A DNA stretch of 10,704 nt. Source: Verrucomicrobiota bacterium (GTDB taxonomy: Bacteria; Verrucomicrobiota; Verrucomicrobiia; Verrucomicrobiales; DEV007). Under the pieces are notes generated by a model. That model did no database searches. It had not been told where the DNA came from and saw nothing but the letters and a program-made list of their open reading frames with translations. The position numbers and the translations under genes were made by a program. Numbering within the stretch: the first letter of the stretch is position 1; each line of letters begins with the position of its first letter. Location: positions 1-10,704 of the forward strand of contig JASFYY010000143.1 in NCBI GenBank assembly GCA_045046875.1. Direction: 5' to 3'. This document shows, one piece after another, positions 1 through 6,014 of the stretch.

Positions 1-167
1 GCATGACCTTTGATCGTCAGCTCCACCCACCTACCCACCGGCAAACCCGAGCTTTGGCGGATCGCCAGCAATCGTTCTTCCTGCTCACGTTGCAGGTTTT
101 CGTATCCATCGAGATTCCCGCCGTCAAAATCAAAAATCCCCTGCTGTTTTTCGTTCACATCCGCCAT
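1..167 (-). CDS. Hypothetical protein, 5' part only (runs off the left edge of the window)
   Basis: Manual translation from ATG at 167: MADVNEKQQGIFDFDGGNLDGYENLQREQEERLLAIRQSSGLPVGRWVELTIKGH..., 55 codons with no stop. Protein-like composition, same strand as ftsB and 48 nt downstream of its stop. Absent from the ORF track because it has no stop in the window. Confidence 0.6.
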   Translation of the reverse strand, partial: MADVNEKQQGIFDFDGGNLDGYENLQREQEERLLAIRQSSGLPVGRWVELTIKGH

Positions 168-215
168 CGATCTATCTTCGTGCTTTACGAATTCACAAAA
201 TAATACCGCCCGGTT

Positions 216-596
216 CTATTTTTTTGAACCGGCTTCATTCACCGAGCGGTCCAACCGAATAATGGTTTCCCCATCTTTCATCAAATCCAGCCTGTCCCGG
301 GCGATCGTTTCGAGGTATTCCCGGTCGTTTTTCAGCAAATCATACTCCTTCTGTAACTGCGCCACCTTGGCGGTCTTTTCAGCGCTGAGTTTTTCAAAAT
401 GTTGCGCCTGTTGCTCCAATTGATTGCGCCGTTCGATTTCCGGGATAAACAACCGCAAAGCCGCAGCAATCACGCAAATAAAGATCAAAGCCATGACGAC
501 CTTGCTCAAGCGTTGCCAAATATCCGGCCCCACTATTTCCTGCTCTTCCTCTTGGAAAGGCTCACGATCCGGATCATAAAATTCAGTGTCCCGCAT
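216..596 (-). CDS. ftsB: Septum formation initiator, FtsB/DivIC family (126 aa)
   Basis: One TM segment (VVMALIFICVIAAALRLFI), then a coiled coil, then the FtsB/DivIC-type motif LKNDREYLETIARDRLDLMKDGETII. Lies directly downstream of eno, a widely conserved eno-ftsB arrangement. ATG at 596 (MRDTEF) is preferred over the track's start at 632 because GGGGG lies 10 nt upstream. Confidence 0.85.
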   Translation of the reverse strand: MRDTEFYDPDREPFQEEEQEIVGPDIWQRLSKVVMALIFICVIAAALRLFIPEIERRNQLEQQAQHFEKLSAEKTAKVAQLQKEYDLLKNDREYLETIARDRLDLMKDGETIIRLDRSVNEAGSKK

Positions 597-606
597 AATA
601 CAAATT

Positions 607-639
607 CCCCCGACTCGCTGCTCTCGCAGCAAGCGGGGA
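607..639 (-). other. Strong RNA hairpin with GNRA tetraloop between eno and ftsB
   Basis: Minus-strand RNA UCCCCGCUUGCUGC-GAGA-GCAGCGAGUCGGGGG forms about 14 bp (G-U allowed) with one bulged U. It is followed by AAUUUGUAUU, only a weak U tract. Confidence 0.6.
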
Positions 640-686
640 TAGGTGGTTTAATTTGATTGGTTACGCTTCGAACGGGACAAGAGATT

Positions 687-1976
<1,290 letters not shown>

Positions 1977-1987
1977 TTACTATGGTT

Positions 1988-2016
1988 AATATGGTTTTTA
2001 TTTTAGAAATATTCAA
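1988..2016 (-). promoter_or_regulatory. Possible sigma70-type promoter for eno
   Basis: Minus strand TTGAAT-17 nt-CATATT, located between the greA terminator and the eno start. The region is very AT-rich, so a chance match is possible. Confidence 0.3.
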
Positions 2017-2036
2017 TATCAAAATTACTTGATCTC

Positions 2037-2085
2037 AAAAAAACAGAAAAAGCCCAGCAACTCGTTTTGACGAGTCACTGAAGGC
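2037..2085 (-). terminator. Rho-independent terminator after greA
   Basis: Minus strand GCC-UU-CAGUGACUCGU-CAAA-ACGAGUUGCUG-GGC followed by UUUUUCUGUUUUUUU, 22 nt after the greA stop. Confidence 0.8.
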
Positions 2086-2107
2086 AACTTTCCCCTCACG
2101 CTAATAA

Positions 2108-3958
2108 TCAGTCGCTTTTCTGAGTAGCGTAAGCCTTGATATCCGTAACTTGGTAGTTTTCCAAGGCTCCGCCCGGTCCGGTTGGCAATTGCACCAATTC
2201 GCCCACTTTTCTGTTGAGCAAGGTTTTAGCCCTCTCAGACACATAAGACAACACCCCGTTATCCGGATCACTGTCCCAAGCTCCTAGAATCGTATAGGTG
2301 ACGCTTCCTCCGACAGCTTTGTTATCCAGTGTCACCACCGTGCCGACCGATACGGCCGACGTGTCCACATCACTGAAATCGCTTTGCTTGGCCACTGACA
2401 AATCATGTTCGATGTCGTCCTGACGACGCATCAGCACACGCTGATACTCCTTGGCTGACTTGTATTCGAAGTTTTCGCTCAAATCACCGTACTCACGGGC
2501 GATTTGGATATCCTTGCGGTTCTCGGGAATCTGCTTGTTCACCAAATCGGCAAATTCCTCTTTTTTCTTGAGGTGACTTGCTTCCGATACCACCAACATC
2601 ACATCTTCTTCGTCCTCATCTTCTTTACCTGTGATCAATTCCTGCACTTCAGGATGGATTTTAACAATCCGGGCCATCAACGAGCGGCGATCCAAATCGC
2701 GAAACACCGATGACATCATCAGGCGACGAGCAAAATTGCGCACGGTGTTCAAATCTCCCGCACGAACCAGATCCGGAATCAAGTCCATGTCATTCAAAAG
2801 CACATCATGAACCCGGTTGCGACGACCGCTTTCGCCGTGGTCACGCTCCAATACATGAATCAAACCGGAAGCCAGTTCCGCGCTGAACACTGACTTGGCA
2901 GCTCCCTCACGCTCTTTACAGATCCATACCAGCACCTCAGAGCTCAAGCTCCTGCGGGACAAGCCTTTGACCAAATGCGCATGCAAATAATCCGCTTTTT
3001 CTTTTTCAGCCAACAAAGTAGCGATTTCCTGCACCGTTCGTGCATTGGCATCGGTCAACAAATTAAGTGCTTCTTCAATCCAGTCGTCACCAAAAGCGTC
3101 TGGCAATTCGGCAATCAAGACTCTTTGACGGCTCACCGAAATCTCTTTGAACAACTCGCCCAAACGGTCCTTTTGCCCAGTCAACAATTCAGCCAGATCA
3201 ATCGCCCCCTCTTCGGAAGCCAGCTCTTCATGTTTGTCCTGTAAATCACGGCGCACCAAAATCAACTCCACTGCTTGCGGCAGATGCAGCTTCAAAGCTT
3301 TGCGTGCAGAATCATCAATATCAGCAATCACCGGCTTCAACTGAGCCACCAGATCATCAAATACCGCTATTTTTTTCAAAATAGCATCGACGCACTTCAC
3401 TTTTAACTTCAAATCGCGCGCAGCGTCATAATCGGCCAACAGCGCATCCGCAGGGCTGAGATCCTCTGCTCTTAGCTCAAGCGGATCATTACGCTTGCTC
3501 GGCACCACAAAACTGTGATCAGCACGCAATTTTCTTTTCGCACCGTCCCACCATTTTTTATAATCGCTTTCCGCCACAATGCTGCCCATGATCAAATTCT
3601 CAAGGCCAGCCAGCTTCAGCGTCCCTCCCGAGGATTGTAATGCATCACGCACCAGAGCCACCGGGTCGGCTACCGCCATAGCCTTCAGTTCCTCAAGCTG
3701 CGAATGGCGCTTAGCCAAAAAATGACCTTCCACGATCGGCTCCAGAGAAGAAGCGGCGAACTTCAGCGCCATGCTGTGACCGGGCTTACCCTCGAAGTCG
3801 ATAATGATCCTCGATTCTGGTAAATCCCATTTTACAATTTTTCCCACCCCCCAGCTTTTGTGCACACAAAATGCACCTGGTGAAAGTTGGTCAATTTCTT
3901 CTGCAACGGCTTGTTCTAGTTTACCGTTCGCAACGTGCTTTTCTAAATCTGGATTCAT
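2108..3958 (-). CDS. greA: Long-form transcription elongation factor GreA/GreB (616 aa, about 455-aa N-terminal extension)
   Basis: The C-terminal ~160 aa carry the Gre acidic tip IQIAREYGDLSENFEYKSAKE and the C-terminal domain VSVGTVVTL...YTILGAWDSDPDNGVLSYVSERAKTLLNRKVGE. Start set at ATG 3958 (MNPDLEKH); the track's start at 4123 would overlap the divergent gene at 4051. Confidence 0.9.
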   Translation of the reverse strand: MNPDLEKHVANGKLEQAVAEEIDQLSPGAFCVHKSWGVGKIVKWDLPESRIIIDFEGKPGHSMALKFAASSLEPIVEGHFLAKRHSQLEELKAMAVADPVALVRDALQSSGGTLKLAGLENLIMGSIVAESDYKKWWDGAKRKLRADHSFVVPSKRNDPLELRAEDLSPADALLADYDAARDLKLKVKCVDAILKKIAVFDDLVAQLKPVIADIDDSARKALKLHLPQAVELILVRRDLQDKHEELASEEGAIDLAELLTGQKDRLGELFKEISVSRQRVLIAELPDAFGDDWIEEALNLLTDANARTVQEIATLLAEKEKADYLHAHLVKGLSRRSLSSEVLVWICKEREGAAKSVFSAELASGLIHVLERDHGESGRRNRVHDVLLNDMDLIPDLVRAGDLNTVRNFARRLMMSSVFRDLDRRSLMARIVKIHPEVQELITGKEDEDEEDVMLVVSEASHLKKKEEFADLVNKQIPENRKDIQIAREYGDLSENFEYKSAKEYQRVLMRRQDDIEHDLSVAKQSDFSDVDTSAVSVGTVVTLDNKAVGGSVTYTILGAWDSDPDNGVLSYVSERAKTLLNRKVGELVQLPTGPGGALENYQVTDIKAYATQKSD

Positions 3959-4011
3959 AGCTTTTCTCGAACATAGAAGCAAAGAGCGATGAACCAAGTG
4001 AAAAATTAACC

Positions 4012-4041
4012 TTGCCAATCTTTTATCATTGAGTGTATGAT
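4012..4041 (+). promoter_or_regulatory. Probable sigma70-type promoter for the 4051 CDS
   Basis: TTGCCA (4012-4017), 18-nt spacer, TATGAT (4036-4041); both boxes match consensus well. The predicted start site near 4048 is 3 nt before the ATG. Confidence 0.5.
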
Positions 4042-4050
4042 CCCTGTAAC

Positions 4051-4464
4051 ATGAAAAAACTACTCTTAGCAACCTTGTGCTTGGGCATTGTATCGATGTC
4101 TTATGCCGACATTCAGGCTCCACCTAAAAGCCAATACACCGCTACACGCAAGCTCAGCAGGGGCCTCGCCAACATTCTTTACAGCTGGACAGAGCTTCCA
4201 AATACCATCATTCGCACCCAGGAGCGCAAGGGACAAGCCACTGAAGTGGTTGTGTTCGGCATCGTCCGCGGCATCGCCCGCACTGGAGTTCGTCTTGGTT
4301 ACGGTGCTTACGAAGTGATTAATTTCCAACGCCCACTCTATAAAGACAGCTTCCGCGCACCTTATACCAGCAAAAAACTTGCTCCTATTTCCGGATACGA
4401 AGAGTTTCCCGGCCAGATTGGATTTCTTTCCACGGTCGATTACTCCCGTCAGGGCACTTATTAA
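4051..4464 (+). CDS. Secreted protein, probably exosortase system-associated TIGR04073 family (137 aa)
   Basis: Classic signal peptide MKKLLLATLCLGIVSMSYA, followed by RKLSRGLANILYSWTELP...GIVRGIARTGVRLGYGAYEVINF, which matches my recollection of the TIGR04073 pattern (KLxRGxxN...W.E.P...G...R...G.YE..xF). ATG 4051 is preferred over the track's 4033 because the signal peptide starts there. Confidence 0.75.
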   Translation: MKKLLLATLCLGIVSMSYADIQAPPKSQYTATRKLSRGLANILYSWTELPNTIIRTQERKGQATEVVVFGIVRGIARTGVRLGYGAYEVINFQRPLYKDSFRAPYTSKKLAPISGYEEFPGQIGFLSTVDYSRQGTY

Positions 4465-4482
4465 TCAATCGCCTAGTTTTTT

Positions 4483-4518
4483 AAAAACCGCCGGAGTCAA
4501 ACTCCTGCGGTTTTTTTT
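4483..4518. terminator. Bidirectional intrinsic terminator between the convergent TIGR04073-like gene and folE2
   Basis: AAAAA-CCGC-C-GGAGT-CAA-ACTCC-T-GCGG-TTTTTTTT: a GC-rich stem with an A tract on one side and a T tract on the other. Confidence 0.85.
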
Positions 4519-4536
4519 ATGCCCACAACCAAAAAA

Positions 4537-5319
4537 CTACTCACTGTGTTTTTCGATCACAGCGTAGGCGTTGTGATTGTGAATCGATTCGAAATTCTCC
4601 GCCTCCACCTTATACCAGGTAATATTTTCCTGCTCATCGGACAAAGCCGCCACGTTCCTCACCAGATCCTCGACAAACACGGGGTGATCATAGGCTCGCT
4701 CAGTCACCTCTTTCTCATCAGGACGCTTCAGCAGGCTATACAGCTCGCAACTGGCGCATTTCTCGACCAGGGCAATCAGGTCTTCGATCCACACCGGTTC
4801 CTTGAATCTCACCGAAAAAGTCACCTGCCCACGCTGGTTATGAGCACCACGTGCACTGATCGCCTTGGAGCAGGGACAAAGTGTGGTCACCGGCACACAG
4901 ACCGTAAGCACAAAATCCTGTTCATCCCCCTTGGAATCGATTTCAAAAACCACATCATAATCCATCAAACCCTGCGCCCCCGTCACCGGAGCCGCCTTGC
5001 TTAAAAAAAACGGGAACCTGAACTCGATATGAGCACGCTGAGCGTCGAGTCTGGCCATCAGCTCACTAGGAATGCGTGGCAAGCTCCTGACATCCAGAAC
5101 CGGCCCGTGAGAGTTCAGCACTTCGACAAAACGGCTCATGTGCGTGCCCTTGTAGTGATGCGGCAAATCAACCGCCAATGACACCGTGGCCACCGTGCTT
5201 TGTGTACCGCCGGCCTTTTCCCTCACATCGACGGGAAAGCGCAAGTTTTTCACTCCCACCCGGTCAATCGCCAAATTACGGAAATCCGGCTCATTCTGTG
5301 TATCTTTAAGCTCTTCCAT
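4537..5319 (-). CDS. folE2: GTP cyclohydrolase I type B (FolE2/MptA family, 260 aa)
   Basis: Motifs IDRVGVKNLRFP, KGTHMSRFVE, VTTLCPCSKAIS, GAHNQR, PVFVEDLVR and ENFESIHNHNAYA. Confidence 0.96.
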   Translation of the reverse strand: MEELKDTQNEPDFRNLAIDRVGVKNLRFPVDVREKAGGTQSTVATVSLAVDLPHHYKGTHMSRFVEVLNSHGPVLDVRSLPRIPSELMARLDAQRAHIEFRFPFFLSKAAPVTGAQGLMDYDVVFEIDSKGDEQDFVLTVCVPVTTLCPCSKAISARGAHNQRGQVTFSVRFKEPVWIEDLIALVEKCASCELYSLLKRPDEKEVTERAYDHPVFVEDLVRNVAALSDEQENITWYKVEAENFESIHNHNAYAVIEKHSE

Positions 5320-5360
5320 GGTTCAATACGGATTCGGGGAAGCTCATCGCTTCCTTGCAT

Positions 5361-5408
5361 AAAATAAAAAATACAAAGGCGTGCCCGCAATCACTGCAGA
5401 ACACGCCT
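5361..5408 (-). terminator. Rho-independent terminator after rpsR
   Basis: Minus strand AGGCGUG-UUCUGCAG-UGA-UUGCGGG-CACGCCU (5408-5377) followed by UUGUAUUUUUUAUUUU. Confidence 0.78.
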
Positions 5409-5427
5409 AAATAAAATGATAATCAGC

Positions 5428-5458
5428 TGCTTCTCCGGCAAAAAAGCCAGAATAAGCA
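5428..5458 (-). other. RNA hairpin immediately after the rpsR stop codon
   Basis: Minus strand UGCUUAUUCUGGC-UUUUUU-GCCGGAGAAGCA forms about 12 bp with one bulged A and has no 3' U tract. Confidence 0.45.
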
Positions 5459-5461
5459 CCC

Positions 5462-5704
5462 TTAACGCATCAAGTTCAACGCCCGAGCGCGTTTCACTTC
5501 GCGCGTGATGCGGCGATGCATTTTAGCAGAAACTCCAGTGATCCTACGCCCGTAGATCTTGCCGCTTTCGCTCACGAACTTCGACAGATACTCAGGATTG
5601 AGGTGATTGATATTCTCTACTGGAATATCCAGACGGCGACGTGGCATCTTACGATTTGCCCGACGCAAGTTCATTGCTCTTTCTTTAGTTTTTGGTCCCA
5701 CCAT
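5462..5704 (-). CDS. rpsR: 30S ribosomal protein bS18, cysteine-free form (80 aa)
   Basis: Basic protein with the S18 core LSKFVSESGKIYGRRITGVSAKMHRRITREVKRARALNLM; contains no Cys. Confidence 0.93.
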   Translation of the reverse strand: MVGPKTKERAMNLRRANRKMPRRRLDIPVENINHLNPEYLSKFVSESGKIYGRRITGVSAKMHRRITREVKRARALNLMR

Positions 5705-5714
5705 GACTATTATT

Positions 5715-5720
5715 TCCTTA
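5715..5720 (-). promoter_or_regulatory. Shine-Dalgarno sequence of rpsR
   Basis: Minus strand TAAGGA, 10 nt upstream of the ATG at 5704. Confidence 0.55.
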
Positions 5721-5759
5721 ATTCAGTGTTTCGAATTTTTTTATCCAGACAGCCCTACT

Positions 5760-5933
5760 TTAGCGTTTTTCGCGGTGCAAAGTGCGGCGTTTCAAAAAAG
5801 GATTAAATTTGACCTTCTCAAGACGACCTGGTGTTCTCAGGCTCTTTTTGTTTCGAGTGGTCACATACATTGATCTCGGCTTGCCCTCTTCTTTGGCTTC
5901 CGTGCATTCTAGAATAATTACATCGCGTGGCAT
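5760..5933 (-). CDS. rpmG: 50S ribosomal protein bL33, zinc-ribbon-degenerate form (57 aa)
   Basis: Manual translation (below the ORF track cutoff): [57 protein letters not shown]. It has the L33 pattern I.LECTE...Y.T.(K/R)N...RLE..KFNP.L...TLH.E; ATG at 5933, TAA at 5762-5760. Confidence 0.93.
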   Translation of the reverse strand: MPRDVIILECTEAKEEGKPRSMYVTTRNKKSLRTPGRLEKVKFNPFLKRRTLHREKR

Positions 5934-6014
5934 AACTTATTTACTTTAAATTGTTTATATAAAATCTACCGGATCAACTTTTAGCGTTATCTCCAGCTAT
6001 TGTCCCTATCATTT

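Noticed and set aside
168..218. ftsB TAG stop is in frame with the downstream hypothetical ORF, with 16 sense codons between (possible read-through fusion)
   Set aside because: This is easily a chance arrangement over so short a gap. The downstream ORF has its own ATG and no recoding signal is visible.
1981..1996. Direct repeat TATGGTT-AA-TATGGTT just upstream of eno
   Set aside because: Only two 7-mers in a very AT-rich spacer, with no match to an operator I recognise.
3959..4123. 55-aa N-terminal extension of GreA in the ORF track
   Set aside because: It overlaps the divergent gene and its promoter and has non-protein-like composition; ATG 3958 is the better start.
4519..5004. 161-aa + strand ORF starting in the terminator T tract
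   Set aside because: Almost entirely antisense to folE2, begins at a + strand terminator, and has no recognisable motif.
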